Notes under the pieces: generated by a model
What the model was told of the DNA's origin: nothing
The model's input: only the letters and a program-made list of their open reading frames with translations
Databases searched by the model: none
IMG/VR virus record: IMGVR_UViG_3300044912_000492
Coordinates: 1 to 64,000 of that record
Length of the DNA stretch: 64,000 nt
Direction: 5' to 3' (one strand)
Source: a virus
Shown here: one piece after another, positions 42,151-50,784 of the stretch
Position numbering within the stretch: position 1 is the stretch's first letter
Layout: the number at the start of each line of letters is the position of its first letter
Made by a program: the position numbers and the translations under genes

Positions 42151-43268
42151 GATGCTAATCCCATTGCTTGCTGTAGTCGGATGTAGGTTTGCGCTTTTTT
42201 AACCTCGGTACTAGACATCAGGACATCGCCTTGTGCCGATTCTTTTTTGGGTGATTGCTCGTATTTCTCAAAGTTTTGATACGGCTTATCATTGCTGAGA
42301 TATTGCTCTAAGCTCCAACGCTTCAAAACTTTTTTGTGAAACGGATCGCTTTGCGCGTACCAAAGGCTTTTCTGAAAAATCTCCATAGCGCGATCGCCAT
42401 GTGTTGCAGTAAACGTCTCCAGTTTTGAGATGGCAGTCTTTGATAGCGACTCATGGTTTACCCAGTCTTCAACCTTGTCTTGTACCCACACATCAAGAAA
42501 TGGCTGATACTTACCTCGCTTCGCTTCAAAGCTTGGCTTTTTGGCTTTAGCGCCAGTCGCGAAACTTTCGGGCGGCAAAAGGGAAAGGGGGGTAGGGGGG
42601 ATTGGGTTTTCTTTTTGATCTGCCATGCAATCAATCAAAACTTGCTTTGCTGGTAAATCTGAATTAGAAATTAATACAGCCTCAGAAGCAAATAAATCAC
42701 GCGGATGCGTTTCTTTATTGATCTCCTTATTAGTTTTTTTATTAATTTCTTTTATATTGATCATTTCGACTTGAGGTCGATCTCTCATTTCGACTTGAGG
42801 TCGATCTCTCATTTCGACTTGAGGTCGATCTCTCATTTCGACTTGAGGTCGATCTCTCATTTCGACTTGAGGTCGATCTCTAAGTTGCTCCACGTCGCCT
42901 TTAATCGTGCTTTTTAAGGGGCGCTCAAATTTGCTTAAACCCTCATAATTGACTCGATACCATTTAGTTTGATCGCGCCTGTTAGAGTCTGGTTGGCAAG
43001 AAACGATAATATTTTGTGTCTCAAGTCTGGCAAACATTCTAGAAATACCGTCTACAGTCATCCACTGAAGCTTGTCTTGCCATTGCTTTAATGAGTATTT
43101 ACACCATAAAAATCCTTGGTAGAGTGTGCGATCATCAGAATGCTCTTCCTTGATTTCAACAAACCAGTGGATTTGTTGGACTGCGATAGATCCGTTAATA
43201 CCTATCAATTTCGCAAGACTTGGTAAAACCATTAAAGGTTTTTCATTCAGTAAAAGATGTGTACTCAT
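42147..43268 (-). CDS. replisome organiser / origin-binding initiator (373 aa)
   Basis: N-terminal winged-helix-like region; internal (RDRPQVEM)x5 encoded by the iterons. The organiser-loader-helicase order matches SPP1 G38P-G39P-G40P. Confidence 0.55.
   Translation of the reverse strand: MSTHLLLNEKPLMVLPSLAKLIGINGSIAVQQIHWFVEIKEEHSDDRTLYQGFLWCKYSLKQWQDKLQWMTVDGISRMFARLETQNIIVSCQPDSNRRDQTKWYRVNYEGLSKFERPLKSTIKGDVEQLRDRPQVEMRDRPQVEMRDRPQVEMRDRPQVEMRDRPQVEMINIKEINKKTNKEINKETHPRDLFASEAVLISNSDLPAKQVLIDCMADQKENPIPPTPLSLLPPESFATGAKAKKPSFEAKRGKYQPFLDVWVQDKVEDWVNHESLSKTAISKLETFTATHGDRAMEIFQKSLWYAQSDPFHKKVLKRWSLEQYLSNDKPYQNFEKYEQSPKKESAQGDVLMSSTEVKKAQTYIRLQQAMGLAS
42762..42881. repeat. five perfect 24-bp tandem repeats (putative origin iterons)
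   Basis: CATTTCGACTTGAGGTCGATCTCT x5 with no mismatch. Flanked at 42725-42761 by an AT-rich tract (ccttattagtttttttattaatttcttttatattgat). Confidence 0.9.
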
Positions 43269-43483
43269 TAATGACTCTCCCTATTAAAAGCGCTGATTCC
43301 AAAACGTTGTTCATGTATAGCAGTATTGTGATGCTTAATAGATTCGTTACTGTTTGTCCTACAGTAGTCGGTCAGATCGGAAATTATTTGACTAACTTCC
43401 TTGTGGGTTAAAAGCCATCCGCCGTAATCACGCAAAATACGTTGTGTTTCAATAGGGTATTTTTCAACGCTAATAATTGCCAT
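43268..43483 (-). CDS. hypothetical protein (71 aa)
   Basis: Stop overlaps the organiser start. Confidence 0.5.
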   Translation of the reverse strand: MAIISVEKYPIETQRILRDYGGWLLTHKEVSQIISDLTDYCRTNSNESIKHHNTAIHEQRFGISAFNRESH

Positions 43484-43641
43484 TATTTCACTCCCGCCTC
43501 AGAGATAACTTTCTCAAGAGCCTCAACACAGACATCAACCATTTTGCGATCAAGGGTTGCACAAGCAATCTTTGCGTCACGGTGCAACTTGCGAGGTATA
43601 CGCGCTTTAAATTGCGCCCATTCAATTTCTTGGTTTTCCAT
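43483..43641 (-). CDS. ribbon-helix-helix (CopG/Arc-like) protein (52 aa, below track cutoff)
   Basis: MENQEIEWAQFKARIPRKLHRDAKIACATLDRKMVDVCVEALEKVISEAGVK; TAATG-coupled to 43268..43483. Confidence 0.5.
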   Translation of the reverse strand: MENQEIEWAQFKARIPRKLHRDAKIACATLDRKMVDVCVEALEKVISEAGVK

Positions 43642-43712
43642 AAATCACCTTGCATTACTCAATAAGTATAGTATTTTTGTACCAAATTAAATCACTTTAT
43701 TTCTAATGAAAA

Positions 43713-43750
43713 GCCCAAAATACATAAGCAAAACTTTATGTATTTTGGGC
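43713..43750 (-). terminator. rho-independent terminator after the Dda-like helicase gene
   Basis: GCCCAAAATACATAA-gcaaaact-TTATGTATTTTGGGC; on the minus strand it is followed by TTTT. Confidence 0.65.
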
Positions 43751-43756
43751 GATCGC

Positions 43757-45334
43757 TTAACTCATGAATTTGCAATGCAAAAACAATCCTTCAGAAGCTC
43801 GTGAACTTGCCACATAAAGCAGTTGATTTCGTACCGTGACATCTTGGCAGCCAAAGATATTTGATTCGTCACTAAACACTTGGTTAAATGTAGACCCTTG
43901 CGACTGATGCACGGTCAATGCAAAGGCATACTGTAGCTGTCTCATAAAGCTATTGCCTTTAGCCGTAAAGCCAATCCAGTGCATTTGTTGGTAAAATCGC
44001 GCCCACTCAACTTTGCGGATTTTGCGCTGAGCATCGGTTTGATTTGGTAAAGCAATGATATTTTTTTTCCACTTGCCAAAATATTCCTTGATATGCTCTT
44101 TTTCTGAATCATCCGCTATGTTAACGATCGCCACATCGCCTAAATCAGTTTCGATCTCAAGCTCCCAAAGTTTCCAGTAATCACCGTTAAGCATTACCTC
44201 ACGAAAGTTTGCATCTCTTACCGTGCATTCAGCGCTAGAGTACATCAAAATTGAAGTACTTCCAGTCGCCCATTTTTCATCGTCTTCGCGTTTGTACGGT
44301 GAATCAGGCGCTTCGTAATCAGGATTAAGTTTTGATTGGCAAGTGTCAAAATCCCATTCAACCAAATCCTTAGCAACTAATCTTTCACCAACTTGGTAAG
44401 GTTCAGAATTAGCTCCGTAAATCGCCTCACGAATCATTAAGTTAAGCGATTGGACACGGTTATTAGTCCACGCTAAAGCTCGGATTGCGTCAGGATTTTG
44501 ACTGTCTCCATACTTAAAGCTGTTGATTAAATCACGATGCCACTCATTACTTGATAATCCTTCAAATTTACCTCTAGCAAATTGCTTGCGAGGTAAAGAT
44601 TTTTGAGAGATGTTATTCCTGATATCAGTGCAGTAACTTAATACCGCGCCGCTATTTCGGACTACATCGGTTAAGGTCCAATACAAGGCGATGCTTGTGA
44701 ATGTTGGGGATAAGTTTGTAAATGGAGTTTCTTCGCCATTAGGCGCTTCATTTTCAACTGGCGGTAATTGGCAAGGATCACCAGTAAACAGAAATTTAGT
44801 ATCAGTGCGCTGTGGAATAAATCCCATGAGTTGCGCGGTAATCATCGAGCATTCATCAACCACAATTAAATCGTATTTGTAGCTATTGTCGCTGCCATTA
44901 GATTGCAATACTTGACGACCATCATGATTTCGCTCTATAGACAATCCTAAAAGCTTATGAATGGTCATGCAAGTGACTGAGATGTCTAAATCGTTGGACA
45001 TCCGCTTCAGTACCTGTACCGCTTTGTGGGTAGGGGCTGTAAAGCAGACTTTTTTACGCTTTGACAGCAAATATTGGGCAACCCTTTGTAACGTGAATGT
45101 TTTACCAGTACCAGCAAACCCAAATAGCCCTGCTAGTGACAAATAAATCGGGTTTTTAGCTTGATTTTCGTCTTCGCAAGCAGTCCCAGCCATTACCCAT
45201 GACGTAATACCACTAAACGCTTTGCGTTGTTGCGCGTTCAATCCTTTGGTGTAAAGCTCAGCACTGAAATCAACAATATTTGTTTCAGGTAAAACAATGG
45301 ATTGAGATGATTCTAGTAAGAATGATTTACTCAC
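43757..45334 (-). CDS. SF1 DNA helicase, Dda/RecD/Pif1-like (525 aa)
   Basis: Walker A GFAGTGKTFTL, Walker B LIVVDECSM, motif V/VI ALTVHQSQGSTF. Confidence 0.8.
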   Translation of the reverse strand: MSKSFLLESSQSIVLPETNIVDFSAELYTKGLNAQQRKAFSGITSWVMAGTACEDENQAKNPIYLSLAGLFGFAGTGKTFTLQRVAQYLLSKRKKVCFTAPTHKAVQVLKRMSNDLDISVTCMTIHKLLGLSIERNHDGRQVLQSNGSDNSYKYDLIVVDECSMITAQLMGFIPQRTDTKFLFTGDPCQLPPVENEAPNGEETPFTNLSPTFTSIALYWTLTDVVRNSGAVLSYCTDIRNNISQKSLPRKQFARGKFEGLSSNEWHRDLINSFKYGDSQNPDAIRALAWTNNRVQSLNLMIREAIYGANSEPYQVGERLVAKDLVEWDFDTCQSKLNPDYEAPDSPYKREDDEKWATGSTSILMYSSAECTVRDANFREVMLNGDYWKLWELEIETDLGDVAIVNIADDSEKEHIKEYFGKWKKNIIALPNQTDAQRKIRKVEWARFYQQMHWIGFTAKGNSFMRQLQYAFALTVHQSQGSTFNQVFSDESNIFGCQDVTVRNQLLYVASSRASEGLFLHCKFMS

Positions 45335-45804
45335 GCCGCTACCTCATCAGACTTAGCGATCGCCATATCTTGCAAGCCGTCTAAAACCAGTTCTTCCAAC
45401 ACATCACAAGGTTTGCAACCACGTTCAACAGCCCAATGAAATAAGCGCTTTTTAACTTCTGGTGACATCATGATTGTCATCTGTTTCCTTTTATCACCAT
45501 TGTCAGGAACAGGAGAACGATTTAATAATGGCTTAAACCATTCAATAAAAGTATTTTCCGTGCTTGCCAGTAAATCACAATCTAATGACAAATAGGCGAT
45601 ACGAATGCCTTCAATAGATGCAAATTGGTTAAACCTATTATGGTTAACCCATCTTTGCCTTATGTTAGCTGACTGCCCTATATATTGAATGACCCCAAGG
45701 GAATCAATCACAAAATAAATGGCGGAGCGACTAGGCAAATATGCCTTCATGTTTAATGCCACACTTGGCAAGGATGATAGATCTAATGTTTCTGGATTAA
45801 TCAT
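45331..45804 (-). CDS. GIY-YIG nuclease domain protein, paralogue A (157 aa)
   Basis: SAIYFVIDSLGVIQYIGQSANIRQRWVNHNR (GIY..YIG..R) plus a C-terminal RHH-like tail. Confidence 0.65.
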   Translation of the reverse strand: MINPETLDLSSLPSVALNMKAYLPSRSAIYFVIDSLGVIQYIGQSANIRQRWVNHNRFNQFASIEGIRIAYLSLDCDLLASTENTFIEWFKPLLNRSPVPDNGDKRKQMTIMMSPEVKKRLFHWAVERGCKPCDVLEELVLDGLQDMAIAKSDEVAA

Positions 45805-46262
45805 GCTGCTACTCCATCATTGGATTTAGCAATTGCTGCTTCTCTCTTCAAAGCACGAGTAACAAAAGCCTTGAGAGTACGATCTTCCTGTTTAGCAAGA
45901 TCTTTAAGTGTTTGCATTAGCTCAGCATCTATCTCAATAATTAGCTGAACTATACCCGTCTTTTCTAACGCAGAGCGGTTTAAAGGAGGATTGAAATACT
46001 TGATTAATGCAAATTCAACTTCTCTTAGCAAGTCAGTATCTAAAGTCAAATAGGCAATCCTAACTCCTCCTAAAGCTTTAAGAGCTTTAGTCCTATGATG
46101 CCCTTGCCATCTTTGATTCACATTTACAGATTGTCCAATATACTGAATAGTCCCTTGAGAATCAATCGCAAAGTAAATAGCTGACTGAGTAGGTAGATCA
46201 GATTTCGCTTCTAATGCCACGCTTGGCAGTGTGGATAAATCCAAAGTTTCTGGGTTAATCAT
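45801..46262 (-). CDS. GIY-YIG nuclease domain protein, paralogue B (153 aa)
   Basis: Start set at ATG 46262 (MINPETLDLS, identical to the paralogue A start); SAIYFAIDSQGTIQYIGQSVNVNQRWQGHHR. Confidence 0.65.
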   Translation of the reverse strand: MINPETLDLSTLPSVALEAKSDLPTQSAIYFAIDSQGTIQYIGQSVNVNQRWQGHHRTKALKALGGVRIAYLTLDTDLLREVEFALIKYFNPPLNRSALEKTGIVQLIIEIDAELMQTLKDLAKQEDRTLKAFVTRALKREAAIAKSNDGVAA

Positions 46263-46404
46263 TTCTTCCCTCACGTTTTGCAATCGCTTCTAGTAGCAAG
46301 ATATCTAATGTGTCCTGAATAGTTCGGCAATCGCTTGACGCTACCTTGTCTAACTCCTTTTTTGTGTCAACATGCATCCGAACCATAACTGTAGGTTTTG
46401 CCAT
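46255..46404 (-). CDS. ribbon-helix-helix protein (49 aa, below track cutoff)
   Basis: AAGGAG SD; MAKPTVMVRMHVDTKKELDKVASSDCRTIQDTLDILLLEAIAKREGRND; overlaps the paralogue B start. Confidence 0.55.
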   Translation of the reverse strand: MAKPTVMVRMHVDTKKELDKVASSDCRTIQDTLDILLLEAIAKREGRND

Positions 46405-46422
46405 AACGCTCCTTTAACTTGT

Positions 46423-46439
46423 GTATACCTATTGTATAC
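46423..46439. promoter_or_regulatory. two GTATAC palindromes 11 bp apart (candidate RHH operator)
   Basis: GTATAC at 46423-46428 and 46434-46439, 19-36 nt upstream of the RHH start. A TTGTCA -35-like hexamer lies further upstream on the minus strand. Confidence 0.4.
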
Positions 46440-46515
46440 TAACTCGCTGACAAACTAACACAAACTTTCTAATCCAAAACACAAAACACATAGACTCGCA
46501 TCTATACATCCGCGC

Positions 46516-46550
46516 ACAAAAAAGCCGTCATTTTCAGGCGGCTTTTTTGT
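46516..46550. terminator. bidirectional rho-independent terminator
   Basis: ACAAAAAAGCCG-tcattttcagg-CGGCTTTTTTGT. Confidence 0.75.
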
Positions 46551-46594
46551 GTCAATTCATGTCTAATTTTTTCTCAACTTAGGATTAGCATGGT

Positions 46595-46900
46595 TTACTT
46601 AACCTTTTTGAAACAGTCCCAAGCTCGATCCTCGTCTGGTACAGCAATGAGGTGAGTTCCGCCCCATGAGTGACATAAGCGCTTTGCATCGGTTTCGTAC
46701 TGAGTTCTAATGGTGTCGCCTAGCTTCACCATATTGGGAGCTACATCTTGACGCTGTGACATCCTAGGAGCGCACATAGTACCGTTAGGGGTTTGAATCG
46801 GTGTGCATGGTTCAGAGATGATTGGAGGTGTAAGCACAGTGGCGGCGATCGCAGGTACGGGAATAGCAAGCAATGCGAAAGTGATGATTAGGTTTTTCAT
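46595..46900 (-). CDS. secreted protein (101 aa)
   Basis: Signal-peptide-like MKNLIITFALLAIPVPAIAA; four Cys in the mature part. Confidence 0.55.
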   Translation of the reverse strand: MKNLIITFALLAIPVPAIAATVLTPPIISEPCTPIQTPNGTMCAPRMSQRQDVAPNMVKLGDTIRTQYETDAKRLCHSWGGTHLIAVPDEDRAWDCFKKVK

Positions 46901-46962
46901 GATTTAATTAGTTAGTGAATGCAGTTGTTCAGCGATCGCTTGTCAGGGGCGATCGCTGATTT

Positions 46963-47151
46963 TTATTTGAGTTGATTGGCAACTACAGCAAGAGCAAGAT
47001 TAATTAGATCGTCTCGCGATTCGTAGCCTAACTCTTGCCATCTATTTAGGAGTGGTAGATTCGCTAGCGTTGCCTTGAATCGAAAAACAGTTTTCACTTT
47101 ACCTGTGTTTGGTCTAGCGCCGCCACGTCCGATTCCTTTGGATTTAGTCAT
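46963..47151 (-). CDS. small DNA-binding protein, GRP-motif family (62 aa)
   Basis: GIGRGGARPNTGK arm followed by an RHH-like body. Confidence 0.45.
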   Translation of the reverse strand: MTKSKGIGRGGARPNTGKVKTVFRFKATLANLPLLNRWQELGYESRDDLINLALAVVANQLK

Positions 47152-47720
47152 TTTGCCCTCGCTAGTTTTCTGCTTACAAGTTCGTGAGCTTCATTCAGCA
47201 CTGCATTTATATCCTTACGATAAGCCCTAGCATCACATTGTTTTTGCTCTACATGAGTGCGAACACGGTCTAAATGCTTGCGTACAGTAGGATTGCTTAC
47301 TCCAATAATTTCAGCAGTTTTTGCAACGCTAAAACCCATGCTGTAAACTTCTTGGCATAAAAGTTTAGTCTTTTGCGCCTTGATTGCATTGCCTTCACGA
47401 TCACGGTTTTTAATACCAAATTTATCGAGAATCTCACAAACAGCAGGGACACTAATATTTACTTGATTAGCAATCTTTTGAATAGTCAATCCTGCGTTCC
47501 ATAGGCTTTTAATTAGCCTGTTACGGGCTTCTCTTTCGTGGGCATACATTAAGCGCCCTCCACCTTGAGATTTGCCACCAGGGGATCGGCGCTTAATACC
47601 CGATTCTCTAATAATCTTTCCGATTGCTGTATGGCTACATCCAAGCTTGTCGCTTATTTGTTGATAGCTCATGTTCCGATCGCGATAAAAACCGATGATC
47701 TGTTCTTGATCTAAATTCAT
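47148..47720 (-). CDS. DNA-binding protein with three HTH repeats (190 aa)
   Basis: YQQISDKLGCSHTAIGKIIRESGI, IQKIANQVNISVPAVCEILDKFGI and VAKTAEIIGVSNPTVRKHLDRV. Confidence 0.6.
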   Translation of the reverse strand: MNLDQEQIIGFYRDRNMSYQQISDKLGCSHTAIGKIIRESGIKRRSPGGKSQGGGRLMYAHEREARNRLIKSLWNAGLTIQKIANQVNISVPAVCEILDKFGIKNRDREGNAIKAQKTKLLCQEVYSMGFSVAKTAEIIGVSNPTVRKHLDRVRTHVEQKQCDARAYRKDINAVLNEAHELVSRKLARAK

Positions 47721-47723
47721 GTT

Positions 47724-48059
47724 TTACTCTTCTACCTCTTGCGGATAATCAATGATTTCATCCTCGATTTTGTAGCCAGTTAAAATGTTTGCATCGCTAT
47801 AAGCATCAATGGTTATAGCTTTTACTTCTATTGCAGATCGGCGATCGTGTGTTGTGTTGAGATAGTATTGCAAATCAACTTTTTCAGGGAGTAAATCGCA
47901 ATGATTTAAGACAAATTCTTTGGAATATGTTGAGCGCTTTTTGGAATCCTTTAAGGAACAAAAAACAATCCAATCATCTAAAATGCCTACAATTTCTTCT
48001 AATGCAGAAGAAGGAAATTGTAGTATATCTCCAGACCTCAGATTTGATTTGATTGCCAT
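47724..48059 (-). CDS. hypothetical protein (111 aa)
   Basis: First ATG at 48059 (MAIKSNL); the track start is non-ATG. Confidence 0.45.
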   Translation of the reverse strand: MAIKSNLRSGDILQFPSSALEEIVGILDDWIVFCSLKDSKKRSTYSKEFVLNHCDLLPEKVDLQYYLNTTHDRRSAIEVKAITIDAYSDANILTGYKIEDEIIDYPQEVEE

Positions 48060-48095
48060 AGAAAGCGGGTAGCGAACCCGCAAAACGTTAATTAA

Positions 48096-48548
48096 TTAAT
48101 ATTCAATGCGATCCGCAAGAGATTCGTTTACTTCTTCCAAGTAAGCGGTAATCCACTCATCTCCATCAAAAGCATCATCAAAATCTTTCTGTGCTGATTC
48201 AACCAGTTCAATTACTTTGGGGCTATCGGACTCTTTAGCCCAAGACTCAACTTCTTTGCGATTACCGCCGTATTCGCAGTCTTGATCGGCTTCAAAAGCT
48301 AGAACGATTTGATTCCACTGAGATGAAAGATGTAATTCATTCTCTCCAGCAAAATTATCAGCATGATCGCGGACTTGAACACCATCAGCGAAAAACTCAA
48401 ATCCATCCAATACTCCACCATTCTCGAATTGACGCTGACCGTAACGGGCTTGTGAATCTGCGGTAAATTTACCGTCAATCAATTTAGCCCATATACCCCA
48501 TGAAGAGTCGTATGAAATGTTGCTTGCGAGTTCTTGTAAAGTAGCCAT
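48096..48548 (-). CDS. highly acidic protein (150 aa)
   Basis: D/E-rich throughout (DFDDAFDGDEW, EEVNESLADRIEY). Confidence 0.5.
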   Translation of the reverse strand: MATLQELASNISYDSSWGIWAKLIDGKFTADSQARYGQRQFENGGVLDGFEFFADGVQVRDHADNFAGENELHLSSQWNQIVLAFEADQDCEYGGNRKEVESWAKESDSPKVIELVESAQKDFDDAFDGDEWITAYLEEVNESLADRIEY

Positions 48549-48677
48549 TGTCTTAATCCCTTTTTGTTACTTGTGTTTGCGGCTTTCTCTCTCAGCCATG
48601 AATACATAATAAACCCTATCCCTTTGAATGTCAATTAATTCATAGAGATAGGGTTTAATCTTAATATTTAGTTACGA

Positions 48678-48929
48678 TTACTTTTTCTTTTTCAACCTAC
48701 CACCCATAGCTTTAGGCGGCAAATCATACATAAAGCTAGCTTGCGAAACAGTGAGATCTAACAACCATTCGCGATCACTGCAATGTGGGCAAGCTTTAAG
48801 CTCTCTAACTTCTTGCTGTGCTAGATCTATAGGAAGATCGCATTTTAGGCAAGTGACAAACTGGGTTTTACCTTTTCGCCTAGGTGCTTTTAGCTGTTCA
48901 AAATCAATGGTTAATTGGATTTTACTCAC
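48678..48929 (-). CDS. zinc-ribbon protein (83 aa)
   Basis: CLKCDLP...CPHCSD. Confidence 0.5.
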   Translation of the reverse strand: MSKIQLTIDFEQLKAPRRKGKTQFVTCLKCDLPIDLAQQEVRELKACPHCSDREWLLDLTVSQASFMYDLPPKAMGGRLKKKK

Positions 48930-49198
48930 TGCCTTAACTCTTCCATCTCAAACTCATACGGCTTAATCTCTTCACTAATCTCACCTTGCGACGATCCGCC
49001 TTTAGCAAGGTAGTCAAATTGGCGCTCTGATACTGTCGCCTCTTGTGGTAATGCATACACCTTATTGGCAATGTATGCGTGTAAATGCGTGACGTGTGCA
49101 TCAGCGTATCCCATTTCACGCAAAGCAAGAGCGATCGGTGAGTTTCTGGGGTACTTAGCGGCGGCTATGTGTGCGGCGGTGACGGTGACTTTGATCAT
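48926..49198 (-). CDS. hypothetical protein (90 aa)
   Basis: ATGA-coupled chain. Confidence 0.5.
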   Translation of the reverse strand: MIKVTVTAAHIAAAKYPRNSPIALALREMGYADAHVTHLHAYIANKVYALPQEATVSERQFDYLAKGGSSQGEISEEIKPYEFEMEELRQ

Positions 49199-49383
49199 TA
49201 ATCTTTTCTCCCAAAACTTTGATAAGTTCTAATTGTGAAGCAAAGCCAAATTATAAAAGGTTCACCATAATTCCATTCGCAATACGGTTTAATTCGCCAT
49301 CTTGATAAATGTAAATGGAACAAAATTGAAAAGCCGTCAATTGGTAATCCGTTGTATTTACCTTTTGGGAATTTCATACGCAA
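49198..49383 (-). CDS. hypothetical protein (61 aa)
   Basis: Coupled ORF. Confidence 0.4.
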   Translation of the reverse strand: MRMKFPKGKYNGLPIDGFSILFHLHLSRWRIKPYCEWNYGEPFIIWLCFTIRTYQSFGRKD

Positions 49384-49628
49384 TTTTTCAACCTCTTCTG
49401 TACTAATTGTTTATACGCTGCTTCTTTGCGCTCTTTCGCTGACATAGTAGCGATCGCAAAGTCTTCAATCTGAACGGGATTACCTAGGCTATCGACAATG
49501 CAAAACTCATCGTCTGGATGTTGCTTTTCTAGCCTTTGTTTTAGCTCTGCTAGTATCTGTAATCGAGTTGTCAGCGCTGATGCTATTGTTGTTTCCTTGT
49601 GGGTTCTTAAGATTCTGAATTGCTTCAC
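49374..49628 (-). CDS. hypothetical protein (84 aa, GTG start inside the upstream gene)
   Basis: Its only start is GTG 49628, 122 nt inside 49507..49806 (see finding). Confidence 0.35.
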   Translation of the reverse strand: MKQFRILRTHKETTIASALTTRLQILAELKQRLEKQHPDDEFCIVDSLGNPVQIEDFAIATMSAKERKEAAYKQLVQKRLKNCV

Positions 49629-49806
49629 GTTTCTCCTGTACCTTGTTAATCAATTCTGTGAGTGTGACAACGCCCTCTTTACTTGTGAATACGTCGCGAT
49701 ACTCCCATGAGTCAGGCGATCGCAGTTGCCAGCCAACATAGAAGCAAGCGCGACGTATTAGGTCGGGGTTACTGTCTAGGGTTGTTAGTTGTTCTAGCTT
49801 CTCCAT
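49507..49806 (-). CDS. hypothetical protein (99 aa)
   Basis: AAAGGAG SD 7 nt before ATG 49806. Confidence 0.5.
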   Translation of the reverse strand: MEKLEQLTTLDSNPDLIRRACFYVGWQLRSPDSWEYRDVFTSKEGVVTLTELINKVQEKREAIQNLKNPQGNNNSISADNSITDTSRAKTKARKATSRR

Positions 49807-50035
49807 TGATTAGCTCCTTTGCTCGATTAAAAACTGAGAGATAAAACGGATTACTACTAGATGGATTTTGCATTGTTTTTGCATCATCAACAGCTAGTAA
49901 GGCAATACCCATTATTTGAAAGTTGGAATTTTCTGGGATTCCCTCAGCGATTATATTTTGAGCCAAGCTATTGATTACTGATTCGGTTTCAGAGTTGAGT
50001 AAAAATTCAATAATCGGATCAATGTTTTTATCCAT
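49769..50035 (-). CDS. hypothetical protein (88 aa)
   Basis: ATG 50035 (MDKNIDPII). Confidence 0.45.
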   Translation of the reverse strand: MDKNIDPIIEFLLNSETESVINSLAQNIIAEGIPENSNFQIMGIALLAVDDAKTMQNPSSSNPFYLSVFNRAKELINGEARTTNNPRQ

Positions 50036-50144
50036 GATTTTAATGTTAAGGCGACGCAATCGCGCCGCCTGTGTATGTGGGTTAGTAGCTAAAATGGAAT
50101 TAGGTCATAGTCAATCGCGCCGCTACTTTGCGACGATTGACGGG

Positions 50145-50678
50145 CTAAAAATCCTCATCTACTACAGGTGTATCTGCACTTTCGCTTGTAGAGAAAGGAT
50201 TAGCGCCCTCAAATAGCGCCAAAAGGTTTACAGGTGTATTTGCGCTAGCAATCGCCACATCTTCAGATAAGGGCTTAGGAGGCATTGCAATTACCTGATA
50301 CTTAGTCTCAAGCGCTTTACCTGTGCGGGTTACCTTAAGCCCGTAGTTACGCAAATCGCCATACTCTTCATCCTTCCAGTAACCCCAAAGAGCATCACGG
50401 ATCGAAGCTTGTGTAATCTCCCAAATCTCGACTTGATTGGTTGTGTAGTTCCACACCTTGAAAGCCCAGAAATGCTTTTGCTTGTCACCTTCACGGATAT
50501 TTGGAGTAGACTCAAAACGCAATTCGGATCGGACGCATTTATTGTCAGCAGTCCAGTAGCTGTAACCAACAATTGCTTCTGACAAAATACGAAGCTTTGC
50601 TGGTTCGCCTTCCTTAATTTTGGTGTAGCTACCGCCTTCAGAATTAGAAGCGGGTGGTTCGTAATTAGATGGAAACAT
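50145..50678 (-). CDS. ssDNA-binding protein candidate (177 aa)
   Basis: ATG 50678 (MFPSNYE). The acidic C-terminal tail ends DTPVVDEDF, as in SSB/T7 gp2.5-type tails. Lies in the replication/recombination block. Confidence 0.5.
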   Translation of the reverse strand: MFPSNYEPPASNSEGGSYTKIKEGEPAKLRILSEAIVGYSYWTADNKCVRSELRFESTPNIREGDKQKHFWAFKVWNYTTNQVEIWEITQASIRDALWGYWKDEEYGDLRNYGLKVTRTGKALETKYQVIAMPPKPLSEDVAIASANTPVNLLALFEGANPFSTSESADTPVVDEDF

Positions 50679-50784
50679 GTTTTTTAGATCCTGCCTTAAT
50701 AACGGCAATAGGGATAATTGTTTTGCCTTGTTTTACACTCACGCTATGCAAGCAACCTACACTATCGCAGTAGGGGCGGGATGA

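Noticed and set aside
42762-42881. CRISPR-like regular repeats.
   Set aside because: The units are contiguous with no spacers, and they are in frame within a coding sequence. They fit origin iterons or a protein repeat instead.
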